A stretch of DNA of 64,000 nt, from NCBI GenBank assembly GCA_049323935.1, contig JBMONN010000024.1:16926-80925 (forward strand), given 5' to 3'. Of the stretch, positions 28,792 through 38,068 are shown piece by piece. Within the stretch, counting starts at the first letter, position 1; every line of letters starts with the position of its first letter. The notes beneath the pieces were generated by a model that was given only the letters and a program-made list of their open reading frames with translations, searched no databases and was not told where the DNA came from. This stretch comes from Thermodesulfobacteriota bacterium (lineage in GTDB: Bacteria; Desulfobacterota; Desulfobulbia; Desulfobulbales; SURF-16). The position numbers were made by a program, and so were the translations under genes.

Positions 28792-29217
28792 ATGGGTATG
28801 GGACCGGTTGGGAAAAAAGGGAAACGAGCGGTAATGGCTGACATCAACGTCACTCCGCTGGTTGACGTCATGCTCGTTCTGCTCATTATCTTCATGGTCA
28901 CGGCGCCGATGATGACCGAGGGGGTTGATGTTAATCTGCCTGAAACAACGGCAAAACCCCTGCGTCAAGATGAACATCCGGTTATTATCTCCATTGATGA
29001 GAAAGGGACGATAGCGCTGGGCAAAATCCAGGGCAACATCAGCATCCTTCAGCAGGAACTCCACAAACTGGCCCAGGTCGATAAGGAAAAGACCATCCTC
29101 CTCAAGGCGGATAAAAACGTTCCCTACGGCATCGTTGCTCAGGCCATGGCCAGCGTCAAGGACGCCGGATTCAACAAGCTCGGCATGGTGACCAAGCCGG
29201 AGGAAAAGAGACCGTAA
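28792..29217 (+). CDS. tolR: Tol-Pal system protein TolR (ExbD/TolR family)
   Basis: INVTPLVDVMLVLLIIFMVTAP TM/aspartate motif; 141 aa. Confidence 0.85.
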   Translation: MGMGPVGKKGKRAVMADINVTPLVDVMLVLLIIFMVTAPMMTEGVDVNLPETTAKPLRQDEHPVIISIDEKGTIALGKIQGNISILQQELHKLAQVDKEKTILLKADKNVPYGIVAQAMASVKDAGFNKLGMVTKPEEKRP

Positions 29218-29220
29218 ACC

Positions 29221-30231
29221 ATGCCGATTGCCATGGACTTTTCAGATGAACGAAACCGCTTGACCACTATCGAGCGTTTTGTTGCCGAACAACGCAGGAA
29301 AACCATCTGTTTTGCGGTCGGCATCCATCTGCTGGTCACCCTGATCCTTGCCTTTCCCCTCTCGTTTTTTGACTTCAGGCAACGGGAGGAGATCTATACG
29401 GTCAATCTTTTTGACACGGCGGAACCGCAGCCTGTCAAAGGAACGCAGCCTGCTCCACCTCCGCCGCCGGCCAAAAAGATCGAGGCCCCGAAGGTGAAGA
29501 CGCCGCCTGTCCAGAAACCGGTGGAAAAACCGATAGAAAAACCGGTGATCAAGGAACCGATCGTCGAACCGGTTGTTCCCGAGCCGACTCCTGAGCCGGA
29601 GGTGGCGGAAGCGACTGAACCGGCCGAGGTCATCAGTCTCAAGCCCAGGGAATTAAAAAAGGATCTCAAACCGAAAAAGACCGAGACCGAGGTCAAAAAA
29701 TCGGAACCGAAAGCGGAGCCGAAACTTGACCCGAAAAAGGTTGACCAGGCCTTGGCGCGCATCAAGGAAAACTTGAACCGCCAGAAAGAACTGCAACGAC
29801 AGCGCGAACAGGAGGCCCAAGCCGCCATTGCCGCCGATGAGGCGGTTGCCAGACTGCGCGATGCCATTCATGCCCAGCAGGGAGGCAGGGGAACAGCAGA
29901 CTCCGCCGGTGCGGCCGGGGGCGGCAGTTCCGAGCTTGATGCGGCATTGAAACTGTATTACATTGCCGTATCCAACAAGATTCATGAAAACTGGATTCTT
30001 CCGGCCCTGCAGGATTGGAAGAATGACCTCAAGTCAGTGGTCGTTGTCCATGTGCAACGGGATGGTACGGTGAGCGATCATTATTTTGAAGAAAAATCGG
30101 AAAATCCCTATTTTGATCAGTTTGTCGAAAAAACTCTGAAACTCTCATTGCCGCTTCCTCCCTTCCCGCCGGGAATAAAGGAAGACAGTTTGGAAATCGG
30201 CCTTGTTTTTCGGCCCAGCGGTCTGGAATAA
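29221..30231 (+). CDS. tolA: TolA-like protein (TonB C-terminal fold)
   Basis: N-terminal TM, long Pro/Lys/Glu-rich spacer (PPPPPAKKIEAPKVKTPP...), coiled Lys/Glu region, C-terminal TonB/TolA-like domain. Position between tolR and tolB. Confidence 0.65.
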   Translation: MPIAMDFSDERNRLTTIERFVAEQRRKTICFAVGIHLLVTLILAFPLSFFDFRQREEIYTVNLFDTAEPQPVKGTQPAPPPPPAKKIEAPKVKTPPVQKPVEKPIEKPVIKEPIVEPVVPEPTPEPEVAEATEPAEVISLKPRELKKDLKPKKTETEVKKSEPKAEPKLDPKKVDQALARIKENLNRQKELQRQREQEAQAAIAADEAVARLRDAIHAQQGGRGTADSAGAAGGGSSELDAALKLYYIAVSNKIHENWILPALQDWKNDLKSVVVVHVQRDGTVSDHYFEEKSENPYFDQFVEKTLKLSLPLPPFPPGIKEDSLEIGLVFRPSGLE

Positions 30232-30260
30232 AAACAAACTACAACCTGTTAACTGCGACC

Positions 30261-31562
30261 ATGAAAAGACAAAATATTGCTGCATACTGCCTTGTTTTTC
30301 TGCTTGGAGTCCTGTTTCTTTCCCTGGCCGTGCCTGCTCTGGCAGGGAGACGAGTCAATCTCGATATTACCGGCGCCGAAGCCAGGAAAGTGCCTGTCGC
30401 TATTCCTTACTTTCAGGATCTAAACCGACCCGGCGAGATGCAGAAGGCGGGTCGCGATCTGGCCGTGCTTGCCGGCCGGGCCCTTGATTTTCACGGCTTT
30501 CTCAGGACGATCCCGCCGGAATCCTACGGCGGCAGGCAGGATGCGGACTGGGTCGGACTCGGCGCCGACTATGCCATACTTGGCCAGTACGTCGTCCTCG
30601 GCGATACGGTGAACATGGAAATCCGCCTGCAGGACGTGGCACAAAACAAAATGATACTCGGTCGCAAATTCAGCATGCACAGAAATCAAAGCAGAAAAAC
30701 GATACTCAAATACTGCGATCAGGTTATCGAGCAGCTGACCGGCATTCCTGGGGTGAGTACGACAAAAATTGCCTTTGTTTCAGACAGAACCGGCAACAAG
30801 GAAATCTATCTCGCCGACATCTTCGGCGAGTCGGTCCGCCAGGTAACACGCCACAAATTTCTTTCTCTGGCCCCCAGACTGTCTCCTGACGGCTCACGCC
30901 TGGCCTACACCTCCTATCATCGCGGCAACGCCAATCTCTACATCACCGATCTCTCCCAGGATAAGACCACCAAGGCCATTTCCCGACGGGTTGGACTCAA
31001 CATGGCACCGGCTTGGACCCCTGATGGCCGGACCATGCTGGTCACCCTGAGCAAGGACGGCAACCCCGATCTTTATCAGATGAACATGGACGGTTCGATT
31101 GTTCGACGACTGACCACCAATGCCGGAATCAATGTCTCCCCGAGTTTTTCACCGGACGGCAGTCAGATTGCCTTTGTCTCTGACCGCACCGGGCAGCCCC
31201 AGGTCTATATCATGGATTTCCATTCCGGCTCGACCCGCCGCCTGACCTACCAGGGCAACGAAAACACCACTCCGGCCTGGTCTCCGGACGGCAAATGGAT
31301 CGCTTACACCGCCCGGACTGATGGTTCCTATCAGCTTTTCAAGATTTCTCCGGAGGGCGGCGCTCCCATTCAGTTAACCGCATCAGGCGGGGACCATGAA
31401 GCACCGAGCTGGTCTCCCGACTCGCGGCAGATCGTCTTCAGTCGGACTGCCGGCAGCGGCAAAAAACTCTATGCCATTTTTCATAACGGTCAGGAAATGC
31501 GGCAGCTCTTTTCCCTGGATGGCAACCAGATCACTCCCCAATGGTCCACCCGGTTGGATTGA
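30261..31562 (+). CDS. tolB: Tol-Pal system beta-propeller protein TolB
   Basis: Signal peptide, N-terminal TolB domain, repeated WD40-like PD40 motifs (SPDGSRLAYTS, TPDGRTMLVT, SPDGSQIAFVSDR, SPDGKWIAYT, SPDSRQIVFS). Confidence 0.9.
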   Translation: MKRQNIAAYCLVFLLGVLFLSLAVPALAGRRVNLDITGAEARKVPVAIPYFQDLNRPGEMQKAGRDLAVLAGRALDFHGFLRTIPPESYGGRQDADWVGLGADYAILGQYVVLGDTVNMEIRLQDVAQNKMILGRKFSMHRNQSRKTILKYCDQVIEQLTGIPGVSTTKIAFVSDRTGNKEIYLADIFGESVRQVTRHKFLSLAPRLSPDGSRLAYTSYHRGNANLYITDLSQDKTTKAISRRVGLNMAPAWTPDGRTMLVTLSKDGNPDLYQMNMDGSIVRRLTTNAGINVSPSFSPDGSQIAFVSDRTGQPQVYIMDFHSGSTRRLTYQGNENTTPAWSPDGKWIAYTARTDGSYQLFKISPEGGAPIQLTASGGDHEAPSWSPDSRQIVFSRTAGSGKKLYAIFHNGQEMRQLFSLDGNQITPQWSTRLD

Positions 31563-31613
31563 TGAAGATGCTGCCCTGTCGATAATGCACAACAGTTTTT
31601 TTCGACGGACATA

Positions 31614-31757
31614 ACTTTGACAAACCCGTAAAAAGTCTTTTTTCACCACAGAGCGCACTGAGATCGCAGAGAAAAAGTATTTAATTACATTCATTTATAT
31701 CTTGGCACTCTGTGGTCTCTGTGGTTAATTTGCATTTTTTACGAGATCATCAACCTT
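31614..31757 (+). repeat. family A element (copy A3)
   Basis: CTTTGACAAACCCGTAAAAAGTCTTTTTTCACCACAGAGCGCACTGAGA...CTCTGTGGTCTCTGTGGTT...TTTTACGAGATCATCAAC. It fills most of the tolB-cpoB gap and is an inverted copy of A4. Confidence 0.7.
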
Positions 31758-31769
31758 AAGAGGTCATCA

Positions 31770-32813
31770 ATGAAGATTCTTTGCACACGCACCTCGTTTT
31801 TTGTTGCGTTGGGTCTCCTCCCCCTGCTGTCCGGCTGTGTGACTGACCAGGATTTTCGCGGTCTTCAGCTTCAGCTCCGCAACCTGGATAACAGAATGGT
31901 TGAAATGGAAAGAGAGTTGAATCATCTGCGCAGTAATGCCGGTTCGTCGGTCGAGGTGATGCGGAAACAGCAGGCCGGCATGGGCAGCACCATCGATCGC
32001 CTGAATTCCGAAATGATGCAGATCAAAGGACAGCTTGATGAATCACGTCACCGCTATCGCAGCCTGCAGGAGGAAAACCAGAAGTTACAGGAAGAGATCA
32101 CCCAGCTTCAGAAAAAAACCGAAGCGCAGGTCGGCGCGCAGCGGATGAGTGTGGTTGAACCTGGAGCGAACGAAATTGATGCCCGCCTCTCTTCCGTCCA
32201 AACCAACCAGGCCGCGATGGAGGAGGAAAAGGCCAGAGAGGCCGCCCTGGCGGCGGAACTGGCGCGGAAAGAGGCTGAACTCGTCCAAAACACTGGACAA
32301 CCCCGCGAAATTTCGGCGGAAAAGAGCAAAAAAGTCCCCGGAAGCGCAGAGTCAGCGGCTGTGGTACCAGCAGCAGACACCCGCACTGCAACCGCCATTC
32401 AACCCAACCAGTCGTCCGGCAAGCCCCAGACCAAGACTTCGGGGAATACCATGTATGATGAGGGACTGGAACTGTTCAAGGCAAAAAAATACAAAGAGGC
32501 ACAGAAGGTCTTTACCGAGTTTGCCCAAAAACATCCGAAGGATGAGCTGGCGATAAGCGCCAGATTCTGGATCGGCGACTGCCTTTTCAATCAGGATGAG
32601 TTTGCCATGGCCATTCTGGAGTACCAGAACGTCATCGCCGACTATCCGAACCACGCCAAGGCGCCGGCTGCCCTCTTCAAGCAAGGAATGGCCTTTGAAA
32701 AACTGCAGGACATCGAGACCGCCAGAATCGTTTATAACAAGATCCTGTCCGAATATCCGAACAGCGACCAGGTCGAACCGGCCAGCAGCAGACTGAAAAA
32801 GTTGGAGGAGTAG
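31770..32813 (+). CDS. cpoB: Tol-Pal system protein CpoB/YbgF homologue, predicted lipoprotein
   Basis: Lipobox LLSGC, coiled-coil N-domain, low-complexity linker, C-terminal TPR (YbgF-type: YDEGLELFKAKKYKEAQKVF..., YPNHAKAPAALFKQGMAFEKL). Confidence 0.75.
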   Translation: MKILCTRTSFFVALGLLPLLSGCVTDQDFRGLQLQLRNLDNRMVEMERELNHLRSNAGSSVEVMRKQQAGMGSTIDRLNSEMMQIKGQLDESRHRYRSLQEENQKLQEEITQLQKKTEAQVGAQRMSVVEPGANEIDARLSSVQTNQAAMEEEKAREAALAAELARKEAELVQNTGQPREISAEKSKKVPGSAESAAVVPAADTRTATAIQPNQSSGKPQTKTSGNTMYDEGLELFKAKKYKEAQKVFTEFAQKHPKDELAISARFWIGDCLFNQDEFAMAILEYQNVIADYPNHAKAPAALFKQGMAFEKLQDIETARIVYNKILSEYPNSDQVEPASSRLKKLEE

Positions 32814-32827
32814 TACCGAGCACCACC

Positions 32828-32990
32828 CTTCGGAATGGCATTTACGATTCCGACAAAAATGATGGTCTCGTAAAACTGAAAATCAACCACAGAGACCGCC
32901 GCAGAGATAACTAATTGTAATAAAAGATGTTTCCTCTGTGTTCTCAGTGCGCTCTGTGGTGAAAAAAGACTTTTTACGAGTTTGTCAAAA
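32828..32990 (-). repeat. composite repeat: family B hairpin remnant + family A element (copy A4)
   Basis: CGGAATGGCATTTACGATTCCGAC, then AAAAATGATGGTCTCGTAAAA, then AACCACAGAGACC...CTCTGTGTTCTCAGTGCGCTCTGTGGTGAAAAAAGACTTTTTACGAGTTTGTCAAA, which is the reverse complement of A3. Confidence 0.7.
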
Positions 32991-33003
32991 ATCAGTGAAA
33001 AGC

Positions 33004-33041
33004 AAAAAAAGGCCGGGAATTATCAATCCCCGGCCTTTTTT
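33004..33041. terminator. bidirectional rho-independent terminator
   Basis: A7 - GGCCGGG (33011-17), 11-nt loop, CCCGGCC (33029-35) - T6, between convergent cpoB and ppsA. Confidence 0.65.
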
Positions 33042-33066
33042 CTTTTTGTCTTCCTAACGGGATGGA

Positions 33067-35517
33067 TCAGGGAGCGATGCCCAGCTCTTTCTCCTTTTCA
33101 TGGACAGCGAGTCGCGTCTTGATCGCCGTGTCGGGGATCAGGCTCATCGAATCAATGCCGCACTCGACCAGGAAGGTGGCAAACTCGGGAAAATCACTGG
33201 GCGCCTGGCCACAGATGCCGATTTTCTTTCCTCGCCTTTTCGCGGTATCGATGACCATGCGCACCATGGTTTTTACCGCGTCATTGCGCTCATCGAAGAT
33301 GTGGGCAATGAGATCCGAGTCACGGTCCAGGCCAAGGGTGAGCTGGGTCAGGTCGTTGGAACCGATGGAGAAGCCGTCGAACACATCGGCAAAGGCATCG
33401 GCGGCAATGACGTTGCTCGGGATCTCGCACATGACGTAGATCTCAAGGCCATTCTCTCCCTGCACCAGGCCGCATTCCTTCATCACCTGGACAACCTTCT
33501 TCCCCTCTTCCGGGGTTCGGCAAAAAGGCACCATCAGCTTGATATTGGTCAGGCCCATGTCATTGCGCGCCTTCAGCAGGGCCTGGCATTCCAATTCAAA
33601 GGCCGGCCGGTATTTCTCGTCATAATAACGGGAAGCACCGCGCCAGCCGATCATCGGGTTGCTCTCCTCCGGCTCATAGAGTTTGCCGCCCACCAGGTTG
33701 GCATACTCGTTACTCTTGAAATCAGAGAGGCGGACGATAACGTCCTTGGGATAAAAACCGGCGCCGATACGGCCGACTCCCTCGGCCAGCTTGTCGATGA
33801 AGAACTGTTTCTTGTCGTTCGGATAAGCAGAGGTTCTTTTCTCGATTTCCGTGACCACTGCGGCGATCTTTGCGTCACCGGCTGCCCGCTTCTTCAGATC
33901 CTCGAAATTATAGAGGGCGAGAGGGTGGATGCCAATATGGGAGTTAATGATGAACTCTTCGCGGGCCAAGCCGACACCTTCATTGGGGATCTGTCCCTCG
34001 GAAAAGGCCTTTTCCGGGATACCGACGTTCATCATGATCTTGGTGCGGGTGGCGGGCACCGAATCGAGATCAAGTCTTTCCACTTCATACTTGAGCAGAC
34101 CCTTGTAGATATAACCGGTTTCACCCTCGGCGCAGCTGATGGTGACGTCAGTACCGGTCTTGATGACCTCGGAACCATTTTCCGTGCCGATAACACAGGG
34201 AATGCCAAGTTCACGGGAGATGATGGCGGCATGGCAGGTCCGGCCGCCACGATTAGTGACAATGGCGCTGGCGATCTTCATGATCGGTTCCCAGTCCGGA
34301 TCGGTCATGTCGGTGACCAGGACCTCGCCCTTCTTGAATTCACCGATGTGGGCGGTATCTTTGATGACATGGGCGACTCCCTGACCAATCTTGGTACCCA
34401 CCGCCTGACCCTCGACAATAACCTCGCCCTTTTCCTTGAGGACATAGGTCTCCATGGTTTTCTTGCATGCCTGAGAATGGACGGTTTCCGGACGGGCCTG
34501 GACGATGTAGAGTTTACCGGTGCCGACCGTGACGCCGTCACCGTCCTTGGCCCACTCGATATCCATTGCCTTGTTGTAATGATCCTCGATGATGCAGGCC
34601 CACCGGGCGAGCTGGAGGATCTCATCGTCATTCAAGACATACATGCCGCGCTCCGCCGGAGTGGTGTCGACGTTTTTCACCGGCGACTGCGCGCCCGGCT
34701 CGGCATTGTAAATCATTTTCATCTCCTTGCTGCCGACCCGCTTACTGACGATGGGTTTCTTCCCCTGGTGGAGGGTAGGCTTGAAAATGTAGTATTCGTC
34801 GGGATTGACCGCACCCTGGACGACGTTCTCCCCCAGACCCCACGCACCGGTGAGAAACACGGCATCCTTGAAACCGCTCTCCGTATCGATGGAGAACATG
34901 ACACCGGAAGAGGCGGAGTCGCTGCGCACCATCTTCTGGACGGTGATGGAGAGATAAACATCGAACTGACCGAATCCCTTGTCATGGCGATAGGAGATGG
35001 CGCGGTTGGTGAAAAGGCTGGCAAAGCATTTCCGGCAGTTCTCAATAAGGTTGTCATAACCGTGGACGTTGAGGTAGGTTTCCTGCTGGCCGGCAAAGGA
35101 GGCATCGGGCAGGTCCTCGGCGGTGGCGGAAGAGCGGACCGCAACATCGACATTCGGGCCGTATTCCGCCTCCATTTTTTTATAGGCTTCGATGATCTCC
35201 TGGCGCAGATCATCGGGAAATTCGGCGTGCCGGATGATGTGGCGCACCTTCTCGCCCCGCTCCGAGAGATTTTTCATATCATGGGTATCAAGATCGGCGA
35301 GCACCTCCCTGATGGCCGCTTCAACCCCGGCTTTCTCAAGAAGATACCGGTAGGCGTAGGCGGTGATGGCAAAACCGTGGGGTACGGCGACCCCCTTGGA
35401 GGTGAGTTTCTGATACATCTCACCAAGAGAGGCGTTCTTTCCGCCGACCATCGGCACGTCTTCGATCCCGATATCATCAAACCAGAGAATAAACGCCTTA
35501 TCGTGACTCTTTCCCAT
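33067..35517 (-). CDS. ppsA: phosphoenolpyruvate synthase
   Basis: 816 aa; N-terminus VPMVGGKNASLGEM, phosphohistidine swivel motif GGRTCHAAIISRELGIPCV, C-terminal PEP-utilising TIM barrel (GSNDLTQLTLGLDRDS). Confidence 0.9.
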   Translation of the reverse strand: MGKSHDKAFILWFDDIGIEDVPMVGGKNASLGEMYQKLTSKGVAVPHGFAITAYAYRYLLEKAGVEAAIREVLADLDTHDMKNLSERGEKVRHIIRHAEFPDDLRQEIIEAYKKMEAEYGPNVDVAVRSSATAEDLPDASFAGQQETYLNVHGYDNLIENCRKCFASLFTNRAISYRHDKGFGQFDVYLSITVQKMVRSDSASSGVMFSIDTESGFKDAVFLTGAWGLGENVVQGAVNPDEYYIFKPTLHQGKKPIVSKRVGSKEMKMIYNAEPGAQSPVKNVDTTPAERGMYVLNDDEILQLARWACIIEDHYNKAMDIEWAKDGDGVTVGTGKLYIVQARPETVHSQACKKTMETYVLKEKGEVIVEGQAVGTKIGQGVAHVIKDTAHIGEFKKGEVLVTDMTDPDWEPIMKIASAIVTNRGGRTCHAAIISRELGIPCVIGTENGSEVIKTGTDVTISCAEGETGYIYKGLLKYEVERLDLDSVPATRTKIMMNVGIPEKAFSEGQIPNEGVGLAREEFIINSHIGIHPLALYNFEDLKKRAAGDAKIAAVVTEIEKRTSAYPNDKKQFFIDKLAEGVGRIGAGFYPKDVIVRLSDFKSNEYANLVGGKLYEPEESNPMIGWRGASRYYDEKYRPAFELECQALLKARNDMGLTNIKLMVPFCRTPEEGKKVVQVMKECGLVQGENGLEIYVMCEIPSNVIAADAFADVFDGFSIGSNDLTQLTLGLDRDSDLIAHIFDERNDAVKTMVRMVIDTAKRRGKKIGICGQAPSDFPEFATFLVECGIDSMSLIPDTAIKTRLAVHEKEKELGIAP

Positions 35518-35645
35518 GTTTTTTACTCCTTAGAAATAATTGACTGAAATAGACACTTCGCTAATGTCGTTCTGACTTTTCCGGAAAAACAGTATGCTTA
35601 CGGCCAAGGAAACTCTCTTTATGTGCGGGACCATCAACCTTTAAC

Positions 35646-35716
35646 AAAATCGTAAAAAGCGACGATTCCGACCCGCCTGCCATGGTTTGCCAGTTTTTGC
35701 GGGAACATCAACTTTT
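35646..35716 (+). repeat. family B element, short variant (copy B5)
   Basis: AAAATCGTAAAAAGCGACGATTCCGAC - CCGCCTGCCATGGTTTGCC - TTGCGGGAACATCAACTTTT. Lacks the GTAACTCGTTGTTTTCAC core. Confidence 0.55.
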
Positions 35717-35933
35717 CCAGGAAAAATTTTGCGCCTTTGGCAAAAGACACTGCGCAGCATTTTCCGAAGAATTACAAAGCGATCTATCCTGCGCACCGGC
35801 CGTTGTTTTTTGCCCCTTCTATATAGCTAATCTCTGGTGCATGGTCAATAAAGAATGTCCTGTCGAGGCTGTTCCGTATGGCGAGAGGATCGACTCCCCT
35901 TCTCCACAATTTTTCAGACAGTTGCGCCGGGTC

Positions 35934-36899
35934 TCAGCCGCGGCTCAACTGCTCAATGCACTCCTGCATGCGGGCAATCAGGTTGTCAAGTTCCGGCTTG
36001 GTTACCTGATCGTCGGCACCCACCGCCTCCCCTTTTCGGCGCAATGCATCGTTGATCATGGAGGAAAAGAGAATAAGAGGAATTTTACGGTACGCCGGAT
36101 CCTTCTTGACCCGCATGCAGAGGTGGTGCCCATCCATCCGCGGCATTTCAATGTCGGAAATGATGGCCAGTATCTTTTTATCCACCTCGCCTTTCCCCCG
36201 CAGTTCCTCCAGAAAGTCGAAGGCCGCCTGGCCGTCCGGTTTTGGAATGACCTTGAACCCCGAACTCTGCAGGGTTTTCGTCAACTGCATGAGCACTACC
36301 CGGGAGTCATCGACAACCAGGACCGACTTATCGTATTTGTCCTCGATTTTCTGCACATCCTCCTCGCGCAGGTGAGACTTGACCACCATGCTCGGATCGA
36401 TGGTGCCGACCAGACGCTCGAAATCAACCATCTGAATAATGAGATTGTCAACCTGACAGATACCGGTAATGCTCTGGCTGGATGCGATCAGATGGGGTGG
36501 GGGCGTGATCTGCGACCACGAAATGCGGTATACCTTGTCAACACCATGGGTAATAAAACCAAATGCCTTGCCGTTTAAATCGGCAACAATCACCACCCAT
36601 TTTCGCTCACCCGGTTTCTGTTCTTCGGTCTGGTAGCCGAACCAGTCACAGAGATCGATGAGGGGGATGGTATGGTTGCGTAACAGAAAAACCCCCCTGA
36701 CACAGGAGACGCTATTGGCCACTCTGGTGATTTCCTCCGGATAGGCGACCAGTTCCCGAACCTTGGCAGCATTAATTCCATAGGTGTTTTTGTGGAGTTT
36801 ACCGGTATCAGGGTCGAGCCATTCGAGATAAAAGGTAATGACCTCAAGTTCGTTGGTGCCGACCTCAAGCAGGATAGAACTTTTGGCTTGCTGGGTCAT
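35934..36899 (-). CDS. cheV: chemotaxis protein CheV (CheW domain + receiver domain)
   Basis: N-terminal CheW-like domain (LLEVGTNELEVITFYLE...), C-terminal REC (VLVVDDSRVV..., SDIEMPRMDG, K at LFSS). ATG 36899 has a GGAGA RBS. Confidence 0.8.
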   Translation of the reverse strand: MTQQAKSSILLEVGTNELEVITFYLEWLDPDTGKLHKNTYGINAAKVRELVAYPEEITRVANSVSCVRGVFLLRNHTIPLIDLCDWFGYQTEEQKPGERKWVVIVADLNGKAFGFITHGVDKVYRISWSQITPPPHLIASSQSITGICQVDNLIIQMVDFERLVGTIDPSMVVKSHLREEDVQKIEDKYDKSVLVVDDSRVVLMQLTKTLQSSGFKVIPKPDGQAAFDFLEELRGKGEVDKKILAIISDIEMPRMDGHHLCMRVKKDPAYRKIPLILFSSMINDALRRKGEAVGADDQVTKPELDNLIARMQECIEQLSRG

Positions 36900-37233
36900 T
36901 GCGTTCTCCATACTGATTACAGGAAAGCCCCGGCGTCGGGATACTCCCGGCTGCCGACGCACATCACCTTTCCCTTGCCTCGCTGCTGCCGGTCGCTCAA
37001 ATCTGTCATGTCGGCGGGAGATGGGAGCAGTGAAACCATTATAGAACATTTCATTTTCAAAATACCAGCGACAAAATACGGATAGTCCCCATGAAGCGGG
37101 GTCTTGTCTTCGCCTCCGTGCTGTGTTAAGTTCATCATACGAGCGTCATCGTGCGAGAAAACAGGCAGCCGTTCGACATTCTCCAGCATCTCTTGGCAGG
37201 CGGTTAACCGGTTTTCCGGATGCTTGCGACGCC

Positions 37234-37349
37234 ATCAACTTTGTCGAAATCGTCAAAAGCCACGATTCCGACGGTCCGTGTTTTGCGACTCATTGTTTTC
37301 ACTTTCCCGCCCGCCATGGTTTGCGGGTTGTTACGAGACGATCAACTTT
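37234..37349 (+). repeat. family B element (copy B6)
   Basis: Hairpin GTCGAAATCGT/ACGATTCCGAC, core ...CATTGTTTTCACTTTCCCGCCCGCCATGGTTTGCGGG, TTACGAGACG. Exact 9-nt ATCAACTTT at 37234 and 37341. Ends 6 nt before the nfu RBS. Confidence 0.7.
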
Positions 37350-37368
37350 CATAAAAGGAGACTTTTCC

Positions 37369-37590
37369 ATGCGGGAAAAAGTTCAGGATGCACTGGATCG
37401 GATCAGGCCGACCCTGCAGAAGGATGGGGGTGACGTGCTGTTGGTCGATGTACTGGAAAATGGCGTGGTCAAGGTACAGCTCACCGGGGCCTGCAAGGGG
37501 TGTCCCATGTCGCAACGCACTCTGAAGGAGGGAATTGAAAAATTTCTCAAATCAGAGGTAGCGGAAGTCAACGCGGTCGAGGCAATTTAG
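37369..37590 (+). CDS. NifU C-terminal domain (Nfu-type Fe-S scaffold) protein
   Basis: 73 aa, IRPTLQKDGGDV...GACKGCPMS CxxC motif. AAGGAG RBS at 37355. Confidence 0.8.
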   Translation: MREKVQDALDRIRPTLQKDGGDVLLVDVLENGVVKVQLTGACKGCPMSQRTLKEGIEKFLKSEVAEVNAVEAI

Positions 37591-37600
37591 CTCACTCTTT

Positions 37601-38068
37601 TTACTTGTGATAACCGCTGCCGCTCTTGATGGAGTATGCGCGGTAAATCTGTTCCAACAACAGCAGCCGGGCCATCTCGTGGGTGAAAGTCATGGCCGAA
37701 AGGCTCAGTACCAGGTCCGCCCTGCGGACAACCGTTTCGGCAAGACCGTGCGGCCCACCGACAAGAAACGCGACAACCTGCCGGCCCTGACTTTCCCAGT
37801 CAGTAAAAAGGGCGGCGAATTCCTCTGACGACAGAAAACGACCGGCTGGATCAAGGGCCACGACAAAAGCCGATTTCCCGCATTTTTCCAACAGGAGACG
37901 ACCCTCACTCTCACGGATCAGCGCCGGCTCCTGTCCTCCCTTTATTTCCCTGACCGTCTTGATTTCCAGCCGGGCATAATGGCTGATCCGTCCGGCAAAA
38001 TCTTCGATCCCGACCCTCAGGTATCCTTCTTTTGTCTTACCCGGGGAGATCACCTCAAGCCGCATCAC
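37601..38068 (-). CDS. rlmH: 23S rRNA (pseudouridine1915-N3)-methyltransferase RlmH
   Basis: 155 aa SPOUT protein, FLVGGPHGL and LSLSAMTFTHEMARLLLLEQIYRA motifs. Confidence 0.85.
   Translation of the reverse strand: MMRLEVISPGKTKEGYLRVGIEDFAGRISHYARLEIKTVREIKGGQEPALIRESEGRLLLEKCGKSAFVVALDPAGRFLSSEEFAALFTDWESQGRQVVAFLVGGPHGLAETVVRRADLVLSLSAMTFTHEMARLLLLEQIYRAYSIKSGSGYHK

Noticed and set aside
29394-29985. Minus-strand ORFs (157 and 110 aa) inside tolA
   Set aside because: These are antisense translations of the Pro/Lys/Glu-rich low-complexity tolA spacer, with no independent support.
33100-35547. 815-aa ORF on the plus strand
   Set aside because: It is the antisense shadow of ppsA, whose motifs are unambiguous. 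It has no recognisable domains and a low-complexity Gly/Asp/His bias.
37123-37368. Conserved-looking peptides encoded by family B repeats (e.g. SHDSDGPCF.T.CFHFPA.HGLR in track ORFs at 37123, 39272 and 4620)
   Set aside because: The similarity is explained by nucleotide-level repeat conservation. The copies lack consistent start codons or RBS, occur in both orientations relative to their neighbours, and some are truncated. Treated as non-coding repeats.
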